Assembly: GCA_043718025.1 (NCBI GenBank)
Contig: JAYSWN010000188.1
Location: 28,766 to 92,765 of the forward strand
Length of the DNA: 64,000 bases
Source: Pseudomonadota bacterium
GTDB taxonomy: Bacteria > Bdellovibrionota > FAC87 > UBA2466
Direction: 5' to 3'
The first letter of the stretch is position 1, and each line of letters begins with the position of its first letter. The translations under genes were made by a program, and so were the position numbers. The notes beneath the pieces were generated by a model. The model was not told where the DNA came from. It saw nothing but the letters and a program-made list of their open reading frames with translations, and ran no database searches. Of the stretch, positions 28,547-38,232 are shown in pieces.

Positions 28547-30970
28547 CTAGTGCGTCGCGGGCAATGGCTTATCGGTAATTACGTCGGCCACAATCCCCGG
28601 TTCAACCACCGGCACTACCTCGCCAGGCTTTACAAAGATTTCGTCCGCGACCAACGCTTCGCGCAGCACTTGATCCATGTGACTTACCGCCGTTACTTTT
28701 ACAACCTTGAGAATATTTTTGGGAATATCTCGTAGGTCCTTTAAGTTGTCCTTCGGTATTAGCACGTGGGTAATGCCGCCGCGGTAAGCGGCAAACAGTT
28801 TTTCCTTTAGCCCGCCAATGGGAAGCGCGTTTCCGCGAAGGGTAATTTCACCCGTCATCGCCACATCTTTACTCACTGGCTTTCCCGTCAACGCGCTTAC
28901 TAGTGCGGTTGCCATGGTGATACCGGCGGAAGGGCCGTCTTTAGGAATAGCCCCTTCGGGGACGTGAATGTGGATGTCGATTTTCTGGTAAAAGTCGGGA
29001 GCCAATCCCAGCAAACTGGCACGTGACCGCACGTAGCTCATTGCGGCCTGTGCCGATTCTTGCATCACATCACCAAGTTTTCCGGTGACGGTAAGTTTCC
29101 CCTTACCGGGCACATGAATCACTTCGATGCTTAGCATGTCGCCACCCGTTTCGGTGTACGCCAAACCATTTGCCAATCCGACCTCAGAACTTGCCTCGCG
29201 CTGCTGGTACCGATAGCGATGCGGCCCAAGCAAGACTTGAAGCTTCTTTGGTGAGATGACTGCTCTGGATTTCTTATCGGTTTTACGGGCAAATTTGCGA
29301 GCCGTCTTACGGCAAACCGCGGCAATTTCCCGTTCCAAATTACGAACCCCGGCTTCGCGCGTGTAGTGGCGAATCAGGCTTTCTAGGGTTGGAATGCCTA
29401 TCTCAATTTTCTTTTCATTGAGACCGTGACGCTCTACCTGCTTGGGAACCAAGTGGCGCACCGCGATCTGCACCTTTTCTTCTTCGGTGTAGCCGCTCAG
29501 GTGTATCACCTCTAAACGGTCTAACAACGCCCATGGAATGGTGTGTTGAGAATTAGCCGTTGTGATAAACATCGCGTGCGAAAGATCGTATTCGACCTCA
29601 AGGTAGTGATCTGAAAAATATTTATTTTGCTCCGGGTCCAACACTTCGAGCAGAGCCGCGCTTGGATCACCACGGAAGTCGTTGCTCATCTTATCGATTT
29701 CATCGAGCAAAATCACCGGGTTTACCGTCTCGGCCTTTTTCATGCCCTGAATCAACTTGCCAGGAAGTGCGCCAATATAGGTACGGCGATGACCACGAAT
29801 CTCCGCTTCGTCCCGCACTCCACCGAGCGAAATCTTTACAAAATTGCGGTTGATGCTGCGAGCAATCGAGCGCGCCAACGAAGTTTTACCGACGCCGGGA
29901 GGGCCAACCAAACAGAGAATGGGCCCTTGCGAACGCTGCACCAAGCTTTGAACAGCTAGGTGTTCGAGAATCCGCTCTTTTACCAACTGTAAGCCGAAAT
30001 GATCGGTATCGAGCACTTTCTCTGCAGCATCCACATCAATGCGCTCTTCGTTTCTCTCTGACCAAGGCAGGCTTACCATCCAATCAAGGTAGTTACGCAC
30101 TACGGTGGCTTCAGCTGACATCGGCGACATCATCTTGAGCTTCTTAAGCTCGGTGCGGGCTTTTTTGGCGGCCTCTTCGGGCATCCGCTTTCGCTTGATG
30201 GCTTTTTCGATTTCAAATAGCTCGTTCTTGAACTCGTCACGTTCGCCGAGCTCTTTCTGAATCGCCGACATCTGCTCGTTTAGGTAATACTCCTTCTGCG
30301 AGCGTTCCATCTGTTTCTTTACGCGGCTGCGAATCTTTTTTTCAACCTGAAGAATTTCAATTTCGCCTTCAAGCAGGCCCACCAAACGCTCTAAACGTAT
30401 GCAAGCGTCAGTGAGTTCAAGAAGCTTTTGTTTCTCTTCAACCTTGATATTGAGATGCGGCACAATTGTGTCAGAAAGTTTAGCCGGATCTTCGATGGCC
30501 AACACCGACATCAAGAGTTCAGGTGGAATTCTTTTATTTAGCTTAACGTAAGATTCAAACGTGGTTTTGATGCTGCGGTTATAGGCCGAGGCTTCCACTT
30601 CCGAGCGCACGGTCTCTTCCAAAGGTTCGCCTTCGACGCGAAAGATGCTGTCCTTTTCAAGGTAGTTCACGATGCGCACTCGCTGCACACCTTCAACTAA
30701 AACTTTCAGCGTACCGTCCGGTAGTCGGAGTAGCTGAATTATATTGGCCAGCGTGCCAATCGAAAAAATGTCTTTTTCTTCGGGATTATTGTTCTGCGCT
30801 TTCTTTTGCGCAGACAAAATAATCTGCTTCCGGTTTCCCATCGCCTCTTCCAGCGCGCGAATGGATTTCTCACGGCCCACGAATAGGGGCACCACCATGT
30901 GCGGAAACACAATGATGTCACGGAGGGGCAGCAGACAGTACGACTGGGGCTCTACGGACTTCTTCGTCAT
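28547..30970 (-). CDS. lon: ATP-dependent protease La
   Basis: [47 protein letters not shown]...GGLKEK; probable ATG at 30970 after AAGGAG. Confidence 0.98.
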   Translation of the reverse strand: MTKKSVEPQSYCLLPLRDIIVFPHMVVPLFVGREKSIRALEEAMGNRKQIILSAQKKAQNNNPEEKDIFSIGTLANIIQLLRLPDGTLKVLVEGVQRVRIVNYLEKDSIFRVEGEPLEETVRSEVEASAYNRSIKTTFESYVKLNKRIPPELLMSVLAIEDPAKLSDTIVPHLNIKVEEKQKLLELTDACIRLERLVGLLEGEIEILQVEKKIRSRVKKQMERSQKEYYLNEQMSAIQKELGERDEFKNELFEIEKAIKRKRMPEEAAKKARTELKKLKMMSPMSAEATVVRNYLDWMVSLPWSERNEERIDVDAAEKVLDTDHFGLQLVKERILEHLAVQSLVQRSQGPILCLVGPPGVGKTSLARSIARSINRNFVKISLGGVRDEAEIRGHRRTYIGALPGKLIQGMKKAETVNPVILLDEIDKMSNDFRGDPSAALLEVLDPEQNKYFSDHYLEVEYDLSHAMFITTANSQHTIPWALLDRLEVIHLSGYTEEEKVQIAVRHLVPKQVERHGLNEKKIEIGIPTLESLIRHYTREAGVRNLEREIAAVCRKTARKFARKTDKKSRAVISPKKLQVLLGPHRYRYQQREASSEVGLANGLAYTETGGDMLSIEVIHVPGKGKLTVTGKLGDVMQESAQAAMSYVRSRASLLGLAPDFYQKIDIHIHVPEGAIPKDGPSAGITMATALVSALTGKPVSKDVAMTGEITLRGNALPIGGLKEKLFAAYRGGITHVLIPKDNLKDLRDIPKNILKVVKVTAVSHMDQVLREALVADEIFVKPGEVVPVVEPGIVADVITDKPLPATH

Positions 30971-31163
30971 TGCAAGGCTCCTTGAGGTGGGTGGGGCCAA
31001 CGTCCAACGAACAGACCATCTTCATTATAACTACTTTCCAAATATTAATCACACGAAGTGAGCGCGCGAAGCGTCGAATGTTAACGCGCAGGGTTTGACT
31101 TCGGACGCGCGATCAAAACGAGCAGCGATTGGCTTCTCTGAATTGGTAGTGCCTTAGCCAAAT

Positions 31164-31194
31164 AAAAAGGGCGCTCCCTCCGGAGCGCCCTTTT
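31164..31194 (-). terminator. Terminator after clpX
   Basis: AAAAGGGCGCTCC-CTC-CGGAGCGCCCTTTT inverted repeat. Confidence 0.8.
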
Positions 31195-31220
31195 CAAAGA
31201 AAGCTTACTGACTAAAGCTA

Positions 31221-32537
31221 CTAAGCGTTTTCCGCCTTTTTAGTGTAGCCCGGAGGAGTAGCGGCCGCGGCGGCCTCTTCGGTAGCCGCACCAAACACCA
31301 ACTCTGGCTTGCCCTTCTTATTAATTACATCCTCATTGATGATGCACTCTTTGAGGTTAGGAATTGATGGCAGCTCATACATGATGTCTAACATTGAATT
31401 TTCGAGAATCGACCGCAAACCGCGGGCACCGGTCTTAGACCGAAGTGCGTCACGCGCCACGGCGTTCAAAGCCGCTTCGGTGAAGGTCAACTTAACATTC
31501 TCGTACTCAAACAGCTTTTGGTACTGCTTCATGATCGCATTTTTGGGCTCGGTGAGAATCTTGATAAGAGACTTCTCATCCAGCTCATCTAAGGTTGCGA
31601 TTACCGGCAAACGACCAATGAATTCCGGAATCATGCCGAAACGCAAAAGATCTTCAGGCTGTACGCGATGAAGCGGATTTTCTTTCTTTTTATCGGTAGC
31701 CGTTTTCACGTCCGCGCCAATACCCATGCTGCGTTTTTGTCCACGAGCCTCCACAATTTTATCCAAGCCGACGAAAGCGCCGCCGCAGATAAAAAGAATG
31801 TTCGTAGTATCCACCTGCAAAAACTCTTGCTGCGGATGCTTACGGCCACCTTTAGGGGGAACGTTGGCACGGGTGCCTTCAAATATTTTTAAAAGCGCCT
31901 GCTGTACGCCTTCACCCGAAACGTCTCGGGTAATCGAAGGGTTTTCCCCTTTACGTGCAATCTTGTCGATTTCGTCGATGTAGACGATACCCTTTTGCGT
32001 TTTCTCAATGTCGTAGTCGGCGTTTTGCAGCAAGTAGAGGATGATATTTTCCACATCCTCGCCCACGTAACCGGCTTCGGTCAGCGTGGTGGCGTCTACG
32101 ATAGTAAACGGCACTTTCAGCACCCGCGCCAGGGTTTGCGCAAGCAGCGTTTTTCCGCTACCCGTTGGGCCAACCAAAAGAATGTTGCTCTTCTGCAGCT
32201 CAACTTCTTTGGTTTCGCTGGCACCCGGCAAGCGGCCGCCGCCAATTCGTTTGTAATGATTATGAACGGCAACGGACAAAGTTTTTTTGGCTCTGTCTTG
32301 GCCAATTACAAAATCATCTAAAACGATTTTGATTTCTGTGGGCTTGGGGATCTTCGTAGTTCCCGTCTTTACATCCTCTTTTTCCGCCTCTTCCGCGATG
32401 ATGTCGTTGCACAGTTCAATGCACTCATCGCAAATGTGGACGGTTGGGCCAGCGATCAGTTTTTTCACTTCTCGTTGGCTTTTTCCACAGAAGCTGCAGA
32501 CCAGATTTCCGAAACTATCGCTATCTCTCCGGCTCAT
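31221..32537 (-). CDS. clpX: ATP-dependent Clp protease ATP-binding subunit ClpX
   Basis: CSFCGKS...ICDEC zinc finger, [31 protein letters not shown]. Confidence 0.98.
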   Translation of the reverse strand: MSRRDSDSFGNLVCSFCGKSQREVKKLIAGPTVHICDECIELCNDIIAEEAEKEDVKTGTTKIPKPTEIKIVLDDFVIGQDRAKKTLSVAVHNHYKRIGGGRLPGASETKEVELQKSNILLVGPTGSGKTLLAQTLARVLKVPFTIVDATTLTEAGYVGEDVENIILYLLQNADYDIEKTQKGIVYIDEIDKIARKGENPSITRDVSGEGVQQALLKIFEGTRANVPPKGGRKHPQQEFLQVDTTNILFICGGAFVGLDKIVEARGQKRSMGIGADVKTATDKKKENPLHRVQPEDLLRFGMIPEFIGRLPVIATLDELDEKSLIKILTEPKNAIMKQYQKLFEYENVKLTFTEAALNAVARDALRSKTGARGLRSILENSMLDIMYELPSIPNLKECIINEDVINKKGKPELVFGAATEEAAAAATPPGYTKKAENA

Positions 32538-32570
32538 GGGAGCCCGCCTTTCTAATAGATGTCTTCTCTA

Positions 32571-33203
32571 TCAACCTTTTTCCTTGTCAGCTTTCTTTCC
32601 CCGCTCCGTAATCACGTGATCAACGAGGCCATAAATTTTGGCCTCTTCAGAAGACATGTAGCGATCTCGGTCGGTGTCGCTTTCAACTTTGGCGAACGCC
32701 TGACCCGTATGCCTAACCAAAATGTGATTCAACTTTTCACGTAACAATAAAATCTGCCGGGCCTGAATCTGAATGTCAGACGCTTGCCCCTGAGCCCCAC
32801 CCAATGGTTGGTGGATCATGATCTGAGAATGCGGAAGTGAGTAACGCTTACCCTTGGTACCCGCGGTAAGCAGCAAAGCGCCCATGCTGGCGGCAAGGCC
32901 AGTGCAGTAAGTGCAAATATCGGGTTTTACGTACTGCATCATGTCGTAAATTCCTAAACCGGCAGAAACACTTCCGCCCGGGGAATTAATGTAGAGATGA
33001 ATATCAGCTTCTGGATCTTCAGATTCTAAAAAGAGCAATTGCGCCACGATTAGGTTAGCGATGGCGTCGTCCACCTGAGAACCCAAAAAGATAATGCGCT
33101 CTTTTAAAAGGCGCGAATAGATATCGTAGCTGCGCTCGCCACGAGCCGTCTGTTCAACGACCATCGGAACTAAGTAATTCTGCACATCAAGCGGATTCTT
33201 CAA
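32571..33203 (-). CDS. clpP: ATP-dependent Clp protease proteolytic subunit
   Basis: [43 protein letters not shown]; probable TTG start at 33203 after GGAGG. Confidence 0.97.
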   Translation of the reverse strand: MKNPLDVQNYLVPMVVEQTARGERSYDIYSRLLKERIIFLGSQVDDAIANLIVAQLLFLESEDPEADIHLYINSPGGSVSAGLGIYDMMQYVKPDICTYCTGLAASMGALLLTAGTKGKRYSLPHSQIMIHQPLGGAQGQASDIQIQARQILLLREKLNHILVRHTGQAFAKVESDTDRDRYMSSEEAKIYGLVDHVITERGKKADKEKG

Positions 33204-33365
33204 CGGAGTGCCTCCAAAGTAGTATCGGGTGGCTACGAACAGTGGCGGGACGTAAGTCGGCCACTTGCGCAACCTCCCACGTCCTATTTAACTCAACTTA
33301 AGGCATTAATACAAGCAGCCGCGCCCCATTTAACCGTAAGCGATATATTGGAAATTATGGATTTT

Positions 33366-34688
33366 TTATACTGAAGGGCCGGCAGCCATCACTTTAGCGT
33401 TCTGCGTCAAGTATTCAAACACCTTCTCGGTCAACAGTTCGTCGCGAATCTCGGCCATGGCACCGCGCTCTTCTAACAGTTTCATGGTTTCTGAAAAAGG
33501 GCGCTTAATCTCTTCTGAAAGCGCCTGAACCTTGAGTTCGAGCTCTTCGTCACTGACCAAAAAACCCTGTTTGGTGGCAATTTCACTCAAAAGTAGTGAA
33601 CCACGGGCGATCTGTTCGGCTCGGGTTTGCAAAGACTTTTTATCCTCGTCTTTCAAACCCTCGGGCTGCCGCCCCATCCGTTTGTACTCTTCAGCCAGCC
33701 GCGAAATCATCTTGTACTTCTCGCGTTCAACCAGAGTGGCTGGCGCTTCAAATGAATGCTCTTTAACCAAATAATCGATGATCTGATTGCGGTAAGAGCT
33801 TTTCTGCTCGTCCTTTTTCATCGCTTCGATATTCTGAACCAGATCGCTTTTCAAAGTGTCGGCGGTGGCACCTGGTTTAATCTGCGCGGCTAAGGCGTCA
33901 TCAAAGGCGGGCATGACCCGCTTTTTGACTTCGAGCACCCGAAACTTAAACTTTGCCAACTTGCCCTTCATTTCAGGGTTGTTGTGCTCTTCGTCGTATT
34001 TAGTTTCTACCGTGGCCCATTCGCCGCCCACTTTGGCTTTTTGGATCGCTTCGTCGAGCGCGGGCAGCAGACGATTCATTCCCACTTCAACCGTTACGGT
34101 TTCGGGGGCACCCACTTTGTTTTCTTTACCTTCGATCTCAGTCTCTATTTCAATTACGGCGTAAGACTCCTTAGGTGCTTTTTCAACCTCTAGCGGTTCC
34201 ATGGTGGCAAAACGCTCGCTCAAATTCTTAATGGTTTCCGCAATCTCTTTTTCTGAAGCCTTAATCGAGTATTCCTTTAGCGGAATGCCTTCGATCTTTT
34301 TCAGCTTAATTTCAGGGCGCACGTCAAACTCAGCCTGAAAATCAAAAGGGGTCAGATCGCCATGGTTGCGCTCGGCAACCTTGGTTAAACGAGGCTGGCT
34401 AAGGGGTTCCAAGTTGTTATGGGCTATGGCGTGATCAAGCCCCTCACGAATCAAAGTGGTAATGGCGTCTTTTTGAATGTCGTCTTTGTACTTCTCGGTA
34501 ACCAGTTTGATCGGTGCCTTGCCCGGGCGAAAACCCGGAATCTGTGCCTGTCGGTGGTAGCGCTGGGCCGCCTTTTTCTCGTACTCTTGAACACTTTCTA
34601 AAGGATATTCAACAGTTAGACGAACACGGGTAGGGCTAACCCGATCTACTTTTACGTTCTGGGTATGCGAACAGTTTTCATGGCTCAT
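33366..34688 (-). CDS. tig: Trigger factor
   Basis: IPGFRPGKAP ribosome-binding motif; canonical tig-clpP-clpX-lon order. Confidence 0.93.
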   Translation of the reverse strand: MSHENCSHTQNVKVDRVSPTRVRLTVEYPLESVQEYEKKAAQRYHRQAQIPGFRPGKAPIKLVTEKYKDDIQKDAITTLIREGLDHAIAHNNLEPLSQPRLTKVAERNHGDLTPFDFQAEFDVRPEIKLKKIEGIPLKEYSIKASEKEIAETIKNLSERFATMEPLEVEKAPKESYAVIEIETEIEGKENKVGAPETVTVEVGMNRLLPALDEAIQKAKVGGEWATVETKYDEEHNNPEMKGKLAKFKFRVLEVKKRVMPAFDDALAAQIKPGATADTLKSDLVQNIEAMKKDEQKSSYRNQIIDYLVKEHSFEAPATLVEREKYKMISRLAEEYKRMGRQPEGLKDEDKKSLQTRAEQIARGSLLLSEIATKQGFLVSDEELELKVQALSEEIKRPFSETMKLLEERGAMAEIRDELLTEKVFEYLTQNAKVMAAGPSV

Positions 34689-34880
34689 AATATTTTTCCG
34701 AAAAAGTAAGCGAAAGCGCTTGAAAGTGAGTGGGAAATAACACGCCGAGACGCCCTGTGTCCAGGCGTATGGGAGGGTTTTCAGGCAACAAAAAAGCGGG
34801 TTTACGCCCTTTTCAACCTAACTCTAACCAGGTGACCTGCAGCGTAGATTTCTAATGGTAAGACAAAGTCCTATAGCGAA

Positions 34881-35429
34881 TTATGCTTGAATGGCCTCGG
34901 GCGGCTTGCCCCACGACAAAATGAAGAGAATACAAACGCCTAATACAATGCAGGAGTCGGCCACGTTGAAGGCTGGCCAGTGGTAGAACTCTTTCCAATG
35001 AAAATCCAAAAAGTCGATCACGAAGCCAAAACGCAATCGATCGATTAAATTCCCAACCGCGCCCGCCAGCACCAAGCTGAGTGAGGCCGCCATAAGCCGC
35101 TGCTCGTCCCTTAGCCGAATAAAGATAATGAGTATGACTGCCATCGCAACCAGCGGCACAATGATGAAAAAGGGTTCGCGAAACGCAACCGGAGCCCGGT
35201 TCAAAAAACCGAAGGCCGCGCCGGTGTTGCGTACGTAGGTGAGAGAAAAAAAGTTTTGCACGATGGGTCGGCTTTCGCCCCACTGAAAATTTTTATGCAC
35301 CACATTCTTAGTCCACTGATCGGCGATGATTATAACCACGCAGATCACCACAAGCATGAGGTACTTTTTTTTCTTCAATTCAGAGACCACTAATTGTGTC
35401 GTATTCATCGTTGCTGTTTCTACCTTCAT
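34881..35429 (-). CDS. lspA: Lipoprotein signal peptidase II
   Basis: DQWTK, RNTGAAFG, GNLIDRLRFGFVIDF, WPAFNVADS. Confidence 0.95.
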   Translation of the reverse strand: MKVETATMNTTQLVVSELKKKKYLMLVVICVVIIIADQWTKNVVHKNFQWGESRPIVQNFFSLTYVRNTGAAFGFLNRAPVAFREPFFIIVPLVAMAVILIIFIRLRDEQRLMAASLSLVLAGAVGNLIDRLRFGFVIDFLDFHWKEFYHWPAFNVADSCIVLGVCILFILSWGKPPEAIQA

Positions 35430-35923
35430 GCGTCGTGTCGGCCGGGTTTGGGATCGAAGAACAGGGTAAAAGATAACAGGAGAATTCCTAACAGAATAGA
35501 GAGATCGGCCACGTTAAACTTGGGATGGACCGCAGTAAAAGGCAGATAAACCTTGAAGACGTCGATTACATAGCCCTGTCGAATCCGATCGATCAAATTT
35601 GAAATTGCCCCGGTCACAATCGTAGCTAAGGCAATTGAGGTTAGTATCAGTCCATCTTGTAACTTCACAAAAATAAGGACGATAAGCACCAGCGCGAAGA
35701 TCGGGATGCCGATGAAAAAGAGCTCTTGAATGGGGCTCGGGGCCTCGGTGAGTACGCCGAAGCCCAAGCCAAAGTTTTGAAAATAGGTGACCGAAAGCAG
35801 ATTACCAATGATTGGCTGCTCATCGCCCAACACCAGCCGGGTACGAATCCACAGTTTGGTCCACTGGTCTAGGCAGAACAAAAGTCCGCAAATTGACAAC
35901 AGACGTACGGTTTTTTCCTTCAC
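35426..35923 (-). CDS. lspA: Lipoprotein signal peptidase II paralog
   Basis: DQWTK, QNFGLGFG, SNLIDRIRQGYVID, FNVADL; ATGA overlap with the next lspA. Confidence 0.88.
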   Translation of the reverse strand: MKEKTVRLLSICGLLFCLDQWTKLWIRTRLVLGDEQPIIGNLLSVTYFQNFGLGFGVLTEAPSPIQELFFIGIPIFALVLIVLIFVKLQDGLILTSIALATIVTGAISNLIDRIRQGYVIDVFKVYLPFTAVHPKFNVADLSILLGILLLSFTLFFDPKPGRHDA

Positions 35924-35951
35924 CCAGTTAGTTTAAGGCCTAACCAGCCGC

Positions 35952-37265
35952 TTAGCCACTCATCGAGTCTAAGAAGGCTTTGTTGTTCTTGGCCGACATG
36001 ATCTTATCGAGCAAGAACTCCATGCTATCGATTACGTTCATGGGCTGAAGCACTTTTCGCAAAATCCAGATGCGATTGAGAACATCTTTGTCGAGCAACA
36101 GCTCTTCGCGACGAGTGCCCGACTTATTGATGTCGATACAGGGGAAGATGCGCTTTTCCATGAGTTTACGATCAAGGGTAACCTCAAGGTTACCCGTTCC
36201 TTTAAACTCTTCGAAAATCACTTCGTCCATGCGGCTACCGGTATCGATAAGTGCGGTGGCCAGAATGGTTAAGCTGCCGCCGTTTTCGATATTACGGGCC
36301 GCGCCGAAGAAACGCTTTGGTTTATGAAGGGCGTTAGAATCAACGCCGCCCGACAAGATCTTACCGCTGGGAGGCACGACCGTGTTGTAGGCACGAGCCA
36401 AGCGAGTGATGCTGTCGAGCAGAATCACTACGTCTTTTTTGTGCTCGACCAGGCGCTTCGCCTTTTCAATCACCATCTCAGCAACCTGCACATGGCGGGT
36501 AGCTGGCTCATCGAATGTGGAGCTGATGACCTCGCCATCAACGTTACGCTCCATGTCGGTGACCTCTTCAGGCCGTTCATCGATAAGCAGCACAATCAAA
36601 ACCACTTCAGGATGATTATGGGTGATCGCGTTAGCGATCTCTTGCATCAACATGGTTTTACCGGCCCGAGGAGGGGCAACGATCAAACCACGTTGCCCTT
36701 TTCCAATTGGGGTCAATAAATCAATGATTCGAGTTGAATACTTTTTGGGGTCGTACTCCAGATTAAACCGGGTGTGCGGATAAAGCGGGGTTAAGTTGTC
36801 GAAAAGAATCTTTTCGCGGGCAACTTCAGGATCTTCGAAGTTAACCTTTTCCACTTTAAGCAGCGCAAAATAACGCTCTGAATCTTTTGGAGGCCGAATT
36901 TGGCCTTCTACGGTGTCGCCGGTGCGCAGCATAAAGCGGCGAATTTGCGAGGGCGACACATAAATATCGTCGGGACCCGGCAGGTAGTTATAATCGGGAG
37001 CTCTTAAAAAACCGAAACCGTCTGGCAACGTCTCAAGAACGCCTTCGCCATAAATTTGGCCGTTGGCTTCCGTTTGCGCCTGCAACAGCGCAAAGATGAG
37101 CTCTTGTCGTCGGAGGCCGCCGGGCGACTCCACTCCGAGTGACTTCGCAAGCTCCGTGAGCTCAGAAATCGGTTTAGTTTTCAACTCCTTCAGATGCATC
37201 GTGATGACGTCTGGGGAAGTGTTAACGGATTCTTCTTGGTCTTCTTTAGTTCGTTTTGTGGGCAT
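35952..37265 (-). CDS. rho: Transcription termination factor Rho
   Basis: [59 protein letters not shown]. Confidence 0.98.
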   Translation of the reverse strand: MPTKRTKEDQEESVNTSPDVITMHLKELKTKPISELTELAKSLGVESPGGLRRQELIFALLQAQTEANGQIYGEGVLETLPDGFGFLRAPDYNYLPGPDDIYVSPSQIRRFMLRTGDTVEGQIRPPKDSERYFALLKVEKVNFEDPEVAREKILFDNLTPLYPHTRFNLEYDPKKYSTRIIDLLTPIGKGQRGLIVAPPRAGKTMLMQEIANAITHNHPEVVLIVLLIDERPEEVTDMERNVDGEVISSTFDEPATRHVQVAEMVIEKAKRLVEHKKDVVILLDSITRLARAYNTVVPPSGKILSGGVDSNALHKPKRFFGAARNIENGGSLTILATALIDTGSRMDEVIFEEFKGTGNLEVTLDRKLMEKRIFPCIDINKSGTRREELLLDKDVLNRIWILRKVLQPMNVIDSMEFLLDKIMSAKNNKAFLDSMSG

Positions 37266-37489
37266 GGATTGCTTTCAGAAACCTACCGGACTGGCGGGCC
37301 AACTTATCCTTAAACGTGTTTCGTATTCCTGTTGCCTAACCGCCAAAGAATTTGCGGGGTCTGTTTATCGAGGCTCGATAAAGTTCATCGTGTTGTGGAA
37401 GTCCTCGAGTGCCGAAAATACTTGGGGTAAAAGCGTGGTGACGTTAACGCTACGCCGTGTAGCGTGTCAATTATTATTGGTCTTTTATC

Positions 37490-37514
37490 GGCGGGCCGAA
37501 CGGATCGGCCCGCC
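37490..37514 (-). terminator. Hairpin after csp
   Basis: GGCGGGCCGA-ACGGA-TCGGCCCGCC 10-bp stem just past the csp stop; weak U-tract. Confidence 0.55.
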
Positions 37515-37526
37515 GCAAATTCAAAA

Positions 37527-37739
37527 CTATGCGTTTCCTTTAATCTTTTTGACCCTAGTGGCCTGGGGTCCCTTGGGTCCGCTGGTCATGTCGAATTCGA
37601 CTTCCATGCCCTCGGTTAGCGATTTGAAACCCTCGCCTTCAATGGCTGAAAAGTGAACGAAGACATCTGCGCCACCCTCCTGCTCGATGAAGCCGTACCC
37701 TTTGTTATCGTTAAACCATTTTACGAACCCAGTTGCCAT
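37527..37739 (-). CDS. Cold-shock protein (CspA family)
   Basis: [31 protein letters not shown]. Confidence 0.97.
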   Translation of the reverse strand: MATGFVKWFNDNKGYGFIEQEGGADVFVHFSAIEGEGFKSLTEGMEVEFDMTSGPKGPQATRVKKIKGNA

Positions 37740-37884
37740 TGTTCCCCCTAATGAACACCCACACGAACCCCCGGACGCGCCAAATCGGGCACGCCCTTCC
37801 CTTCGGTGGAAAATCCTAAGGTTCCCCCCGGTTTAATTTATTAGAATGATCGGAATGGATAGACGTACTGATTCCCGAAACCAC

Positions 37885-38050
37885 AAATAAAAAATCCTGG
37901 AAGGACCCCCCAAAAAACACCCAACCTTGGCGCCACTCCCCCGAGGGAACTACGAAATCCTACGTTTGGTGGCCTGCCCCCACGGCAGACCGCGTAAACC
38001 CCGTAACCCGTTCCACTCTATGGCTTATCGCCCCGATCAGGTTAAACCCA
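37885..38050 (-). ncRNA. Candidate structured RNA (sRNA or long csp leader)
   Basis: Rod-like G-U-rich pairing by eye; upstream TTGACA-17-AATTAT; downstream terminator-like hairpin; no family recognised. Confidence 0.4.
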
Positions 38051-38095
38051 AGAATCGATAATTCCGAAGGGGTAACACCCTGTCAAGGTGCGAAA

Positions 38096-38123
38096 TTGAC
38101 AAGGAATGTCAGCGATTTATAAT
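38096..38123 (+). promoter_or_regulatory. sigma70 promoter upstream of ftsK
   Basis: TTGACA-N16-TATAAT, both hexamers exact consensus. Confidence 0.75.
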
Positions 38124-38232
38124 AGTAATGGTCGTCTCATTTCATTCCCGAACTCCACTCACAGCTGTATTCGAATACGCGTCTTTGCCCGGAGATTTGT
38201 TAACGAATTTTTTTTTCAAAGGAATAGCCCCC

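Noticed and set aside
31000..31160. CIRCE/HrcA operator before lon
   Set aside because: No TTAGCACTC-N9-GAGTGCTAA match.
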